Positions 39,445-53,071 are shown, numbered from the whole stretch's first letter. The stretch is 64,000 nucleotides of DNA, filler included, from Octopus bimaculoides (GCF_001194135.2; 5 parts of 4 records of this genome joined end to end with filler, not necessarily neighbours in it); one strand, 5' to 3'. Numbers and translations: made by a program. Notes: a model not told the origin generated them from the letters alone.

Positions 39445-40385
39445 GAGAAAATCATGTCTCCTGTCTAGACCGGAGAACGTGGGGGTGTATTGGTACTGAT
39501 CTGCAAAGGCTTGGATCTGCAGACAAGTACGACCAGCCCACCTTCAGGGTAGACCCGGAAGGTGGGCTGATCGTCCTTGATGTGACATATAGCAGTAAGG
39601 CCTTCAGGTTGATCGGATTTATGCACATCTCCATTATCGTGGCGGACGAGGGCCAGCTTCTAGTGGTGGAAAAGGCCATCAAAAGTTACGAGGCGGTGGC
39701 AAGAGCAAAGGTTAGCAAAGACACGTCGGTCGGTTTGCAACTCGGCATCTGGAGTGGAAAGCCGATGGCGTCCAATAACGTCTGGGGTGTTGGACGGAGG
39801 TTCCTGTTAAGCTGCTTGGAGTTTGGATTGGTCCAGACCTCCAGATAGAGAAAAATTGGAGTGAGGTGGCCAGCAAGGTGACTGCTCTAACCCAGACCTG
39901 GTTTGAGCGGGCGTTATCATTGCTAGGGAAGTCGGAGGTGGTGCAGATGCTTATAGCATCAATCTGACCTACCGTCTGACCGCGGTGCCTTGCCCCGATT
40001 TGTGGCCGAACAAGTTGGAGAAAATTCTTTTCCGCTTTTTGTGTAAGTCACTTGTGAAGCGCTCTGTCTGCTACCAGAAACCGCTAAAGGGTGGGTTAGG
40101 GATGCCTTAGCTGAAGATGTGAAAATTCGCGTTAAGGTTTAGGCACCTCTGGCTTTACCTGGATGGAGAGCAGGTGTGGTCACCGCACGCCCGGTTCTAT
40201 CTTCCGCAGTTAACGTCCTTAATTGACATTGGTACATGGATCAAGCAGATACCTAGGCTGGAGGATTGGCAATTGGAGTACCGTCAGGCACTTCAGCTAC
40301 TCTCTTGAGCGGGCAATGCCGACAGCAGGAGTTCCACGACGGATTTTTATAGCGGGTTAGTAGAGACCATGTAAGGAGATGATAT
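39445..40385 (+). mobile_element. Internally deleted L1/Tx1-clade LINE
   Basis: Endonuclease DPEGGLIVLDVTYSSKAFRLIG joined to the post-RT region LSLLGKSEVV...YRLTAVPCP...KLEKILFRF...QKPLKGGLGMP. Confidence 0.8.
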
Positions 40386-40635
40386 TGAGAAATCAGAAAT
40401 TACACATTCTACTCCAGTTACCAATTTGCGCTCCTCGCCCCCATAGATATATATAAAACAAGGAAGGCAACTATAAGGGTTTCAGACCCCAAAAAGGAGA
40501 TATTCAAATTGCCACTAATTGTGACTGAAGGTGACGAGTAGCAACTATATTGCTAGAAATAAGAGCTAAAACCCGTAGAGCTGCAAGAAATCACATTTTC
40601 ATATACTGACAGGGGAGATAATACACACACGCACG

Positions 40636-40719
<84 letters not shown>

Positions 40720-40722
<3 letters not shown>

Positions 40723-41274
40723 TAATGCCTCGATATACGATTTAATTTGTCCACAGAGACTGCTCGTAAAGCGAAAACTCGTAAAGCAATATTTTCCATA
40801 GTAGCAGTGTTATAAATCGTAATTCGTTACCAGATAAATATTTTCCCTATATAATTTTTAATACTCATAAATAAATGGAAAGAAAACAACAGTAGAATGT
40901 AGAGAATGTTTTATGTAAAGTAAAAAGAATGTCAAGATCGTTTATAATAAAAACTATTATTGCTATAATCATTTTCTGAATCTCTTCCACTCGCACTAGA
41001 CTTACGCATACCATCACTTGTAGACGCGATCGCCAATTCACAAGCACTGGTAGACGGATTTGCAGATTTCTTTTTAAAAAAACAAGTCTAGAGTTATTTG
41101 CTTAGAAGAAGCTTATTTTCGCTCTCTATAAAATTCCTGATAACACGTAGAAGCATTTGTTATAATAGTAGAAACTTTTGTGCTTCGTTCAAAATTTGGA
41201 TCTTGTGCCTTGAAAAATAAACTCGTAAACCCAGGGTTTCGTAAAACGGGCCCTCGTAAAGTGAGGTATTACTG
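40720..41274. mobile_element. Tigger/pogo-like MITE
   Basis: Imperfect TIRs ctgtaatgcctcgatatacga versus rc(tcgtaaagtgaggtattactg), with TA on the right flank and repeated ctcgtaaa motifs in both arms. Confidence 0.7.
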
Positions 41275-41399
41275 TATATACATATGAACACTTACATACA
41301 CATATACACGCACAAACACAAACGAATACAAGTGTACTGAGTATACATTTCTAAATATTTACAGACAATGTTCGATGCCGAAACATTTGCATGACCACA

Positions 41400-41700
41400 G
41401 GGAGTCATGTCGAGTCCCTACAATTTAATTCTGTTACATTTCTAATTACCACACAAAGACACATGCGTTTGGGGAGTTGGCGTGTACGTATAAAGTGCAG
41501 CAGAAAAACCTTCTACATTTTATATGTCCATTAATTTGGCGCTACGGACGTTAAGCCGGTGTTAATGGTGTCTATTCGTAGATAATATTGCACTGTTCAT
41601 GTCTCGCAGTTACTGTTATGGTTTCGATTGGGAGACATCGTGCTTTTGCAGTTGAATTGTTTATTAAGAATGTTAAATAGGATGTTTTTTTGCCGCACCC
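41400..41700 (+). mobile_element. Possible Tc1/mariner-superfamily 5' fragment
   Basis: HRAFAVELFIKN at about 41640 resembles the N-terminus of such transposases as recalled. Confidence 0.35.
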
Positions 41701-42113
41701 TACATAAATTATATAACAACATATTTACATAACACTTGTTTAATAATATGTACATGCACATGTCTTCCACGAGTCACTAGTCTACAACGAGGTTCACACA
41801 AATATTACCACATGCGTGTTTATCTTCGTACATGCAAATGCAGCCACCTGTGTACATACAGCAACGCCTTGTGTAAACAGGTATCAGTCACATGGGAACA
41901 AATTATAAACACAAAGTCAATAAGAAGTACACATATAAGCATACATATATTTAGACACACATATATACACAAATGATACAAACACACGCAGAGACACACA
42001 CACATACATATACGTGTATGTGTGTGTGTGTGTATGTATGTATATGTGTACATATATGTATATATGAATGTATATATCTGAATATATGTATATATATATA
42101 TATNNNNNNNNNN

Positions 42114-42152
<39 letters not shown>

Positions 42153-42561
42153 TATGTGTACATACATACATGTGTATATACATATATATCTGTGTATATA
42201 CACGTATATATGTACACACACACACATAAATATACATGCATACATACACACAGACACTCATATACATATATATACACACTTCATCATCATCGATTAACAT
42301 CTGTTTTCCATGCTGGCATGTGTTACATATATATGTATGTATATGTATATATATATGATTATATATATGTTTACATATATATGTATCTATACATATCTAT
42401 CTATACACACACTCACACATATATATATACAAACAAACATATATACACATACATATGTATATACATATATATTTATGTACATCCATATATATATATATAT
42501 ATATATATATGAATATATACACATATAAATAGATGTGCCTATACATAAATATATGTATGGA

Positions 42562-42602
<41 letters not shown>

Positions 42603-42642
42603 CATGAAAATATATGTGTGTAGAGATATCCATAAATACAAG

Positions 42643-42673
<31 letters not shown>

Positions 42674-43182
42674 TTGTCCATACATTGAGGTTCTATTTAT
42701 TTATGTATGTATGTATGTATGTATGTACATATATACGTAGGCATGCACATGTACATACTTAGATGTTTGTATATATGTGCATACATCTTCATACAAATAT
42801 ATAAGCATGTGTCTGCTTTATGTTCATAAATGTATATACGCAAATACAGGCATGTTAATATATGTACATACACGTATACATATGCCTCTGTATACCCCCC
42901 CCCCCNNNNNNNNNNCACACACACAAGCATATGCATGGGTCTACACACTGGCACACAGACAGGCCGATATAAACGCAGTGAATATACAGCTGTACATACA
43001 CACACACACACGTGTGTGTGTGTGTGTGTGTGTGTGTATCTGTGTAGCCATCACACATTACTGGATCTAGATGTATATATCTCCACACATAGAAACATCT
43101 ATATATTTCAATAATTTATCCATTAATGGCAAAGGTCTGTTATCAATCTACATATCTGTCTAATTATGTGTGCATGTGTGTT

Positions 43183-43215
<33 letters not shown>

Positions 43216-43416
43216 CGGAGATTTCCTTCTCCTAGGTAGATTACCAACCAAGGTTAAAGANNNNNNNNNNATATTTCGGAGATTTCCTTCTCCTAGGTAG
43301 ATTACCAACCGAGGTTAAAGAGCTTCTACCTGCCCATAAGGTACGCCGTCCCATTCCAGATACCTAACCGACACTCAGGCACTCTATAAAGTGATCAAAT
43401 ATCACTCCGGTGACCG

Positions 43417-43712
43417 ATGTGGAGCAGCTCATTCATGAAAAAAGAATTATATGATTATATGTCTGTGCACACGTTTGAATGTGGTGTGTGCCAGAGGACT
43501 TGCAAATCCAATGGGGGTCTTAAAAGACATGTTAGGATCCACAATAAGCAGAACTTACCTGCAGGTATTGGTAGTACAAATCAGAGGTGTAATCTGTGTG
43601 GGTGTTTTTTCAAAACATTGTCTGGTTTAAAAAGCCACATCAGACGCCATGAAAGGGGTAAGGTGTAGGTGCAGCAGGTGGTCAAACTCTGTGTAAGGAG
43701 TAGACAACCACC

Positions 43713-43715
<3 letters not shown>
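43417..43715 (+). mobile_element. RTE-like LINE 3' end encoding two CCHH zinc fingers
   Basis: CGVCQRTCKSNGGLKRHVRIH and CNLCGCFFKTLSGLKSHIRRH, with no TGEKP linker. Followed by ACAACCACC and (TA)n, like the RTE end at 55-90. Confidence 0.6.
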
Positions 43716-43746
<31 letters not shown>

Positions 43747-43762
43747 CACTGCNNNNNNNNNN

Positions 43763-43805
<43 letters not shown>

Positions 43806-44089
43806 CACTGCATTGAGCAAATTATTGGATGATGTTATATACCGCCAGTCACAATGCACTTCTTCACATTCTTGCAGTTTTTCGAATGATGCCACTTCGG
43901 TGGTTGGCAGGCCAAAATTCGCACCCGCCTCAGTGGAACGGGAATCCGTTTCAGGCTTACTCCATTTGAATAACGTGAAATGTTATTTTTAGTTTGCTTA
44001 TAAGGAGAAGGAAATACATTATCGCATCTAAAAATAAGAGTATTTTTAAAAAATCAAAAAAATATCAATTTGCTTATGGCTGAGACATG

Positions 44090-44850
44090 ATAGCTTACTC
44101 ACCGTAACCGCCCTTAGCCACCACCACAACCTCAAGATAGCTCCAGAAACTGGCGTATTTCTTCCTCAACTTATCTGGGAAGATCTTCGAACACGTCTTT
44201 GATCATGGCCACCAGCTCAACATTGGCGTTGCTGGAGGGGAAGTTGGAGTCTTTCTCAACCGCGCCACACACATACTAATCCGTGGGATTACAATTAGGG
44301 GAATTAGGAGGCTAGAAATTGGGGCTGATGAAGCAATAGAAATCCTTCAACAATCACTTTTGACTCCTTATAGATGTATGGCAAGGAGCTGAATTCTGCT
44401 GCCACACATACAACCTTCCATCAGCAGCTCTCTGCAGCCAGGTTTTGATCACAGTCTCCAGCTGTCTACATTGATCTTATAGCACTGTTCATAAGTTTTT
44501 AGATGAATTACGTCGTGCGTACGTAGTGAGAACCCTCTTGCCTTCCTGGCTACGGCTCGTTCCCCTGTTGCAGACGTCCATGCCACATCTTACTGCCTTT
44601 ATAGTGTTCACAGAACACTGAAGAGCAGCCAAGACATCGGTATTTTGATACTCGGCATAAATCATCATGATACAGATAGCTTCTTTTCTAATATTAAAAT
44701 AGTCCTCCATGTCAGCTAATTTTTCCCCAGCTACAACTTTAAAGTGTATGCTCTCCAACGCTGTTGACTGTTCACCAATATATCAACTTTGTTCCTAAAA
44801 AAGAAGATACAAAGTCATCAAATTTAAACCGAACACTCTATATATAATAC
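44090..44850 (-). mobile_element. Internally deleted DD37D/maT transposon
   Basis: Minus-strand YVWQQNSAPCHTS...F*PPNSPNCNP...GAVEKD. A TIR-like end tagagtgttcggtttaaatttg sits next to TA at about 44840. Confidence 0.8.
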
Positions 44851-44960
44851 ACATATATACATACATACATACATACATTGCATGCATGCATATATACATG
44901 TGTGTATGTCTGTTTGTATATACACATATTTATATATATGTATATCTATCTAGTAATGTA

Positions 44961-45059
<99 letters not shown>

Positions 45060-45573
45060 GCAAATACACACACACACACATATGTATTTATACACGCAGA
45101 CTGATACAAATTTACATGTCTATGCATATTTTCAGGTCATGATGGATCCTGAGAACATTTGCAAGACAACAGGGAGTCGTGTTAAGTCCCCGCGAAATCA
45201 GTACCTCTCCCCACGGCTGCATTACGGCGGATTACTACTGTACTAATTACCTCAAGCACACACGCACACCCACTGACATACATACATACATACATACATA
45301 CACACACACTTATATATATATATANNNNNNNNNNNNNNNNNNNNNNNNNNNNNNNNNNNNNNNNNNNNNNNNNNNNNNNNNNNNNNNNNNNNNNNNNNNN
45401 NNNNNNNNNNNNNNNNNNNNNNNNNNNNNNNNNNNNNNNNNNTATATATACATACATACATATATATACATAAATATATATATATATATATACATATATA
45501 CATATGTCTATAAATATGCACACGTAAATGTGTTTCTCTGCATGTTCATATATATATATACATACATACATAC

Positions 45574-45619
<46 letters not shown>

Positions 45620-46299
45620 GCACACATATATGTGTTTCTCTGTATATATGCGTGTGTAGGTGTGTGTATGTAAGTGCATATTACTTAAAGAAAACATATG
45701 TCGGTTTAACGATTTTAATTTCCAGTTTCGTAAGACATGACTCGACTTCTTGGTTCGCTACTATATTTAAATGTTAGTTAATATCATGTTGCTTCCAAGC
45801 ATTTTTTAAGTGTTTCACACACAATTTATAAGTATTTATTAAAGAATATTAAAAAGTTAATTTATTATATTAGTAAGCAAATAAATTCTGGAATTGTTAC
45901 TGGTTCGTTCCCATGTGTATGTGAAAGTTTTTCAGTTTCTATGATATATAGTTTCATATATGAATAACTTACGTACCCGGCTCCAAAGTTGTTTAGAAGT
46001 TGATGTAGTTTAATCCGAGGTCAGTTCTGATTGCATTGACCTATGATTAAACGACTCCTAACCGTGATTCTATTGTTTTTTTTTTTGTTTTTTTTTTGCT
46101 TTTCTTTATGAAACAGTGAATTTAAGACACCATTATCCAATCTGTTATTCCTCTCTTAAGGCTATGAATTAACATTTTACCTGTCCTGCGTATAACATGT
46201 GATACATAGGACGTATATTCCTGGTGTCCATGTATCACGTATGATAAACATTCCCAATTTTTTTCAATCACCAGAGTAACTTCGGACTTATGGAAGGAA

Positions 46300-46800
46300 A
46301 GATTTATATCAAACAGAATATTTGAAACAAGGCTTAACTAAAAATCTAGAAACAAGCATGGACGCTTAAGACAAACTACTGAAAATGCATTGGACAGGTA
46401 AAGGGGTTACCGGAGATTTTGTTGTTATATCTAACAGGTTGAATTATCACACAATGGCGCTTTTATTGGTTTCTTTGTTTGAAAATTTCTTCAGCTGGGT
46501 CAATCGATGTTTAGGAGACATCTAACCGGATAAAATATTAGGCTTGTCGAATCAGAGGAACTTCAGAAAATTATTCCACTTTTGCCCGCTCAATCAGTAT
46601 TGTCTTCATGAGCATAGCCAGACAGTTACCCGGCTGGAGACCACGTGTCTGGGGCCCAATACTATTCTATGTAGATTGTGATTGTGAATGTAGAGATCTC
46701 AGCACATTATTGTACCTGGTAGTTACTGCTGTGAAGACGGCTTTGCAGTCTTCATTAGATAACATTACTGCAGAACATAAGATCTTGTTCGATTGTTTAT
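46300..46800 (-). mobile_element. Possible decayed pogo/Tigger DDE fragment
   Basis: Weak remnants RVTVWLC and KAPLCDN. Confidence 0.3.
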
Positions 46801-47099
46801 CAAGTAGATGTTGATAGTTTGGTGTATTTATTACGATAAAGAAGAATCAGGAGCAACGGATTACTGAATACTGCATGTTCACTTAGAGTTGAAATGAGAT
46901 ACCTTCTGGGTTACTTACGCAGAGGTGTTATCAAAAATTTAGAACTACCGCAAGCAATAGTCGTTTCTTTTGATTTCAACCCGTATTCATTTATATCAGC
47001 ATACTTACATGCCAAAAGAACTCGATATACTCAACTGAAACAGTATTAAATAAAGCAGCCCTCTGAGAGCCACAGTAATTGTATACAGACTGCTAGAAG

Positions 47100-47400
47100 A
47101 TGTCCACTATCGTAATATACTAATCAAATTTCATTCGTGCTGATATATAGAAAAACTTACCAATTTTCCTTACCTTCTCAGTTGTTCTACTTTATTAGTT
47201 TCATCCACTTTAGGACCTTACTATCTTAGGAAATAAACAAAGTAACTCGTGATTAGATATAATGTTGAACACAATGTGCCTGCGCCATTATCTGTGCCAC
47301 TGTTTGCTTCAATATCTGCGTCACACCAGCCGCCAGAATTGCACTAATGTTATCTAAAAATGTTATGGCGGTGGTAGACATTTGATGCTACAAATTCACA
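47100..47400 (-). mobile_element. Possible Tc1/maT C-terminus and terminal region
   Basis: CNSGGWCDADIEANSG resembles C..F..R..A.IEA.GG. Confidence 0.3.
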
Positions 47401-48195
47401 TCATTTTCATTAAATAATTTTCTAAAGGGAACTTCTGTATTCCTTATAAGTTTCTGAGAATTAAAAATTGGCTGGGTGAAGTGTATATTTTAAAATATTC
47501 ATCAAACGGGAGGGGTTGGTATAAAGTTTCCATGCCAAAATGGGCAATGATGCAAGAACGTTTGAGATCCTCAGGTTTTCACTCTGACCTTTTGTACCTT
47601 TTGCACTCTCGTTCGTTAAGTGAAGTCCCCCCATCACCACACACACATACATAAACATACACATACATACACACATATATATATATACGCATATATATGT
47701 ATACATATACATTTACATATATGTTTGTATGTGTAAATTTCTATATATGTACGTGTGTGGGCATGAGTCTGTAGGGAGAGTTTTGTCTAAAATCATATAG
47801 AAAAGCAAACATTATCCGAAAGTGCGATCATAATACACACACATACACACACTTATACACACACATACACACACTTATGCACACACATTTAATGTATTAT
47901 TTTATTTTGTAAAGTTTACCAATTTTCTCAGTTTTCTACCTTAAATATAAATGTCCTTATTTGCTTCTATTTTTCTATATAAATGTAATTTTACAAGATA
48001 TTTCTTGTCATTTTCTTCTAACAAAGGGAAACCTTGTATTTCCATATTATATTGCTATAACATTCTCTAATTAATGTTCCTGACAACTATATTCTCTGTT
48101 CTAGACTTCTCTCTTTTTCATTGCATTATACACACACACACACACAAACATAATATACAATAGTATACAAACATATGTGTGTGTGTATGTGTGTG

Positions 48196-48265
<70 letters not shown>

Positions 48266-48608
48266 TTAACCTCCATCTCCTTAAAAAATATTATATTTCA
48301 AAGGATTTCTAAGAGTCTTGGGATTTTAAGGGGTTATTATGTTTAGGGATTATTTAATCATTAGCTTGTTAAGCTTTGTATATTCTTTCAATTCTGTTGT
48401 TTCGTTATTGTCGTCATTTCCTCTGTTCATCTAGGTACTTTATTTCTCTTCAGTTTATTTTTTTCTACGTGCGTATATGTGTGTATGTATGTGTAATATA
48501 TTATGTACATGAGTTTACATGCATATATGTATAAGAGACCACTCTCTCTATTAAAAAAAAAATTTTTTTTGGCTACGCACGATTTCATTTCGACCTTCTG
48601 TGCCTTAG

Positions 48609-48703
48609 GGGCTGCTAATTCTTGTTGGTATATACACAGCTATTACATGTTCGGTTATTGGATATATTTCACGAAGGTCATGCTTACCATTGTCCCAAGT
48701 TAT
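48609..48703 (+). CDS. Candidate exon encoding a transmembrane helix plus juxtamembrane segment
   Basis: Acceptor ttctgtgccttag|, phase 0, GLLILVGIYTAITCSVIGYISRRSCLPLSQV, donor AT|gtcagt (phase 2). Confidence 0.5.
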
Positions 48704-49757
48704 GTCAGTTTTGAAAACGAATTAAGTAAAGAATAAAGAAAGAAATAATAAAAAAAAAGAAAGAAAGAAATAAGGGAACAGAAAAGTAAATATAACAAAT
48801 AGAAATAAAAAAGTAAAGGAAACGATAACCATAACAACCAAGAGTGAAAACAACAAAAAAAAAAACTCACTACAATTATTGTATTAAGAGTTACATCAAC
48901 CACACAGCCAGCGCGACCACCGTCAACAACTGAGTGGCAACACGTGTCCAACTGACTAAATCTATCTATCTATCTATCTATCTATCTANNNNNNNNNNNN
49001 NNNNNNNNNNNNNNNNNNNNNNNNNNNNNNNNNNNNNNNNNNNNNNNNNNNNNNNNNNNNNNNNNNNNNNNNNNNNNNNNNNNNNNNNNNNNNNNNNNNN
49101 NNNNNNNNNNNNNNNNNNNNNNNNNNNNNNNNNNNNNNNNNNNNNNNNNNNNNNNNNNNNNNNNNNNNNNNNNNNNNNNNNNNNNNNNNNNNNNNNNNNN
49201 NNNNNNNNNNNNNNNNNNNNNNNNNNNNNNNNNNNNNNNNNNNNNNNNNNNNNNNNNNNNNNNNNNNNNNNNNNNNNNNNNNNNNNNNNNNNNNNNNNNN
49301 NNNNNNNNNNNNNNNNNNNNNNNNNNNNNNNNNNNNNNNNNATATATATATATATATATATAAATATATATATTATACATACATATATATATACGTGTGT
49401 ATGTGTGTGAAAAAGCACGTGAACAGTGAACCAGTTATTGGCTTGTTGGAAACCTATAACCTCCGAACCTATTCATAAAAGCTTGACATAAATTATAAGA
49501 AGAAAGAACGTCTAATACGGGAGAAAAAATGTATTAAAGTAAATACCTCACCCATCTTGGCTGAAGGAAAAAAAGAGTAGATATATGATAAGTGAAGAAT
49601 CTATAGGATTCATCGTCAGACATCATTTAAGAGACTTCTGATAGCATTTTGTAATCATTTTACGTAAACCATACACATATCCCCACTCTCTACCTGTCTG
49701 TCTGTGTCTCTGTCTGTCTCTCTATCTATCTGTCTTTTTTCTTTCCCTTTCCCTTTT

Positions 49758-49794
<37 letters not shown>

Positions 49795-50841
49795 TTTACA
49801 TACATACGTACATATATTATATATATACATATATATATATACTTATATATATAACTAGGTATGTATATACACATATACATGTGTATGCGTGTGTTTGTGT
49901 GTGTGTGTATGCACAGGTATACATTTGCGTGTTTGTTCATCTATGTGTGTCTACGAATATGTCTGCATCTGTCTGTGTGCGTCTGTGTGTGTATGCATGT
50001 ATGCTTGTGCGTGTATATATGTGTGTGCGTGTATGAGTGTTTGTGAGCGAATATTTGTGGTTGTGGTATTTATTTTCTCTTCAGTACAGTGACCATGCCA
50101 AATTAATTGGACTCCATGTTCAAGATATACTTTCCGCTATTAAATTAAATTACATCAACGAAAGTCAACGTACAACAACGATATTAATTATTTGGCATAA
50201 AATCACATTACATGACGACATTTAGAGATTGAATTAAGCATTATTTGAACATGACAATATTAACTGACACTGAGATGACTGAATTAATTCCAGATTGTAA
50301 CAATTTACGAAGCCATACCAACAAGAAATTGGACATCTCATACAGATGGTTCTTTAAGGAAAATTTATTTGTAAACGCGAATCTTGTTAGATATAATATA
50401 ATTGTGTTTGGGTATTTCCAAATCTCGACAATATTTTGATGTATTAAAGATGGGTTCAAGTAAATTTAATTTTCTTATGGTACGGCTGCGTGGTTAAGAA
50501 GTTTGGTTTCGCAGTCACGTGGAATCAGGATCAGTTCTACTTTGGTAGGTGTCTTATATTATAGCCCAAGGCCGACCCATGCCTTGTGAGCTTGGTAGAC
50601 CGAGATTATATATATATATATNNNNNNNNNNNNNNNNNNNNNNNNNNNNNNNNNNNNNNNNNNNNNNNNNNNNNNNNNNNNNNNNNNNNNNNNNNNNNNN
50701 NNNNNNNNNNNNNNNNNNNNNNNNNNNNNNNNNNNNNNNNNNNNNNNNNNNNNNNNNNNNNNNNNNNNNNNNNNNNNNNNNNNNNNNNNNNNNNNNNNNN
50801 NNNNNNNNNNNNNNNNNNNNNNNNNNNNNNNNNNNNNNNNN

Positions 50842-50879
<38 letters not shown>

Positions 50880-50939
50880 CGAGAGAGAGAGGGAGATAGA
50901 TAGAGAGAGAGGGAGAGAGAGGGAGGGGGAGTATAAAAG

Positions 50940-51762
50940 GGAAAAGTTATCCTGGCAGTTATCCTGTTATGGGCGCCGGAATTATTTTACCTCGTGATTT
51001 CATTCTACTGGAAATCATCACTGGGGAGTGTCCGACCACCACATGCCAGTTAAATTTCGTTGCTGCAATATCTGTAATACTTTAAGAATGAACTTCAATC
51101 TTGCTTGCTTGCAATATTACACAACCAAACTGGCGCGTAATGGGAAAATACTATGAAAGTAAAGCACCCCTGAAATATGAATACAAACGGAATAAAACAA
51201 GTTGTGCGTAAATCGGACCAGTGGTTATTGAGATATTCGCAGTTTTGCGGGGTGTAAATACCCAAAACAATGCATAATGGGAAAATACTCCGAAAATAAC
51301 TTAATCCTAAAAGGGAAGGAACTCTAACCTTTCCATTAAATACATTGTAGGCAAAATATTTTGAGGTGAAAATGACTTTAAAAATATGGTAAATATTTTG
51401 TAAAGGACCCGTTTGTAACGTCGCTGTGAAATAGTTTTTTCCATAAGTTTCTTTCGAGTGCATTCAACGTATCTCACTTCTAAAGATTTGACTGTTATTT
51501 CTAGCACGCCCTGCTACCGCGTAACAGCTATTTGCGATAAAGGATGCCAAATACCTGTTACATGGTAGCAGGGCGTGCAAGAAATAGAAGCCAAATCTTT
51601 CCTTTTCTGGGGAAAGGAGCCATTTATGCGTGATTTCGACGTCACATTCCTTGAAAGCATTCAAAATAACCTGGAAAAGAAAAACAAAACCCACGAAATA
51701 AAACTTGTTGCTGGGAAACTCAGATATTCCCCGGTGACCAAAGGAGTCACGGGTAGTCTAGT
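50940..51762 (+). mobile_element. Possible non-autonomous Helitron/Helentron-type element
   Basis: A 3' GC hairpin cc.gtgac-caaagga-gtcac.gg (51731-51752) followed by CTAG|T at 51758-51762. The 5' end is not defined. Confidence 0.45.
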
Positions 51763-52396
51763 TTAGAATATCATCATCTCTTCAAACACTGATGTCACAA
51801 ATAACCAGCAGGCTATCCAACTTAACATGGATACCTTGTTACAACACCGAATACTGCGTCCTTAGCCTTGATATATCTTCTTACATAAGCGCTTCATCCG
51901 AACTTCATCGCATCTTTTATAAAGTTATTTGAAAATCCGTTCTGCTTGGGGAATTTTCTTGGTGTTACTTCACTAAAATCAAACTAGAACTAATATACAA
52001 GACAGAAACCAGGATTAAAACGAAATTACTTAATCAGCCACGAAGACATGTGACATATGCGCGCACACACACGCACACACACGCACACATACACACACAC
52101 ACGTGCGCGTATATGATACAATAAGAACCAGATATAAACAGTAAGTACTGGAGTGGATATAATCAATGAAACTGTTGAAGGTGATGTTCCAGCATGGTTG
52201 TAACTCAATGACTAAAAGTAATAAAATAATAAAAAGATAGCCAATTGCACCAAAAATTATACGAATCTGGGTTGAGAAGCTGTAAGATTGGACGCAGTTG
52301 TCTATAATATTCTCTTTCTCACTGATTCTGAAAGATATACACATCTGCAGGACAGATGATCTCATTGCTGCACATTTGTTTTCTTTTCTGCTGCAG

Positions 52397-52473
52397 TTAT
52401 ATAAAGTCTGATATAATTGCATTTAGCGGAAGTTTTGATGAGGATAATCCACTAATATTCCATGTATTGAAAC
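52397..52473 (+). CDS. Candidate internal exon (phase 2 start)
   Basis: Strong acceptor tttgttttcttttctgctgcag|, YIKSDIIAFSGSFDEDNPLIFHVLK, donor C|gtaggt (phase 1) or AG|gtattt at 52478 (phase 2). In frame with the 48609 exon. Confidence 0.55.
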
Positions 52474-52844
52474 GTAGGTATTTGACAAAATTAGAAATAT
52501 ATTCTGTATTTCTCTCAGGGCAATCTTTCTTACAGATGGCATTGTATATTATTTTAGCAATAACTGCATATCGCATTCGTAGGTAGTATCTTAATAATAC
52601 TACTAGACAGCTGCTGATCACATGTGTAATATCGTCGACATAAAAGCGCCATGACATTCTCATTTGCGTATTGGGCTTAAACGCTGTAGTCTCTCTTGTT
52701 CAGTGTGTATTTTGCAGCTGTGTTTTGCTCTTGTTTGTTTCTATATGTGTATGTATTCATGCAGACATATTTGTATCTATATTGTATGCATATTGCATGC
52801 ATGTATATTGTATGCGTATATATTGTATTCGTTTATTCTTTTAT

Positions 52845-52987
52845 TCTTTTTACTTGTTTCAGTCATTTGACTACGACCGAGCTGGAGTACCGCCTTTACT
52901 CAAGCAAATCGACCCCAGGACTTATTCTTTGTAAGCCTAGTACACACACCGGCATCGGTTGTCAAGCGAATTTTGGGGCAAACACAG

Positions 52988-53071
<84 letters not shown>

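Noticed and set aside
43211-43320. 50-bp tandem duplication (a similar one at 43741-43812)
   Set aside because: The copies flank a 10-N gap, typical of unmerged contig or allele overlaps.
43417-43668. Host C2H2 zinc-finger gene
   Set aside because: It lacks TGEKP linkers, has only two fingers, and has an RTE-type 3' end and (TA)n tail. It is kept as LINE-derived.
47150-47230. Minus-strand exon(s) ending at strong donors (AAG|gtaagg, TTG|gtaagt)
   Set aside because: A similar motif recurs near 47915, it adjoins a Tc1-like C-terminus, and the phases do not connect to the 47009 micro-exon.
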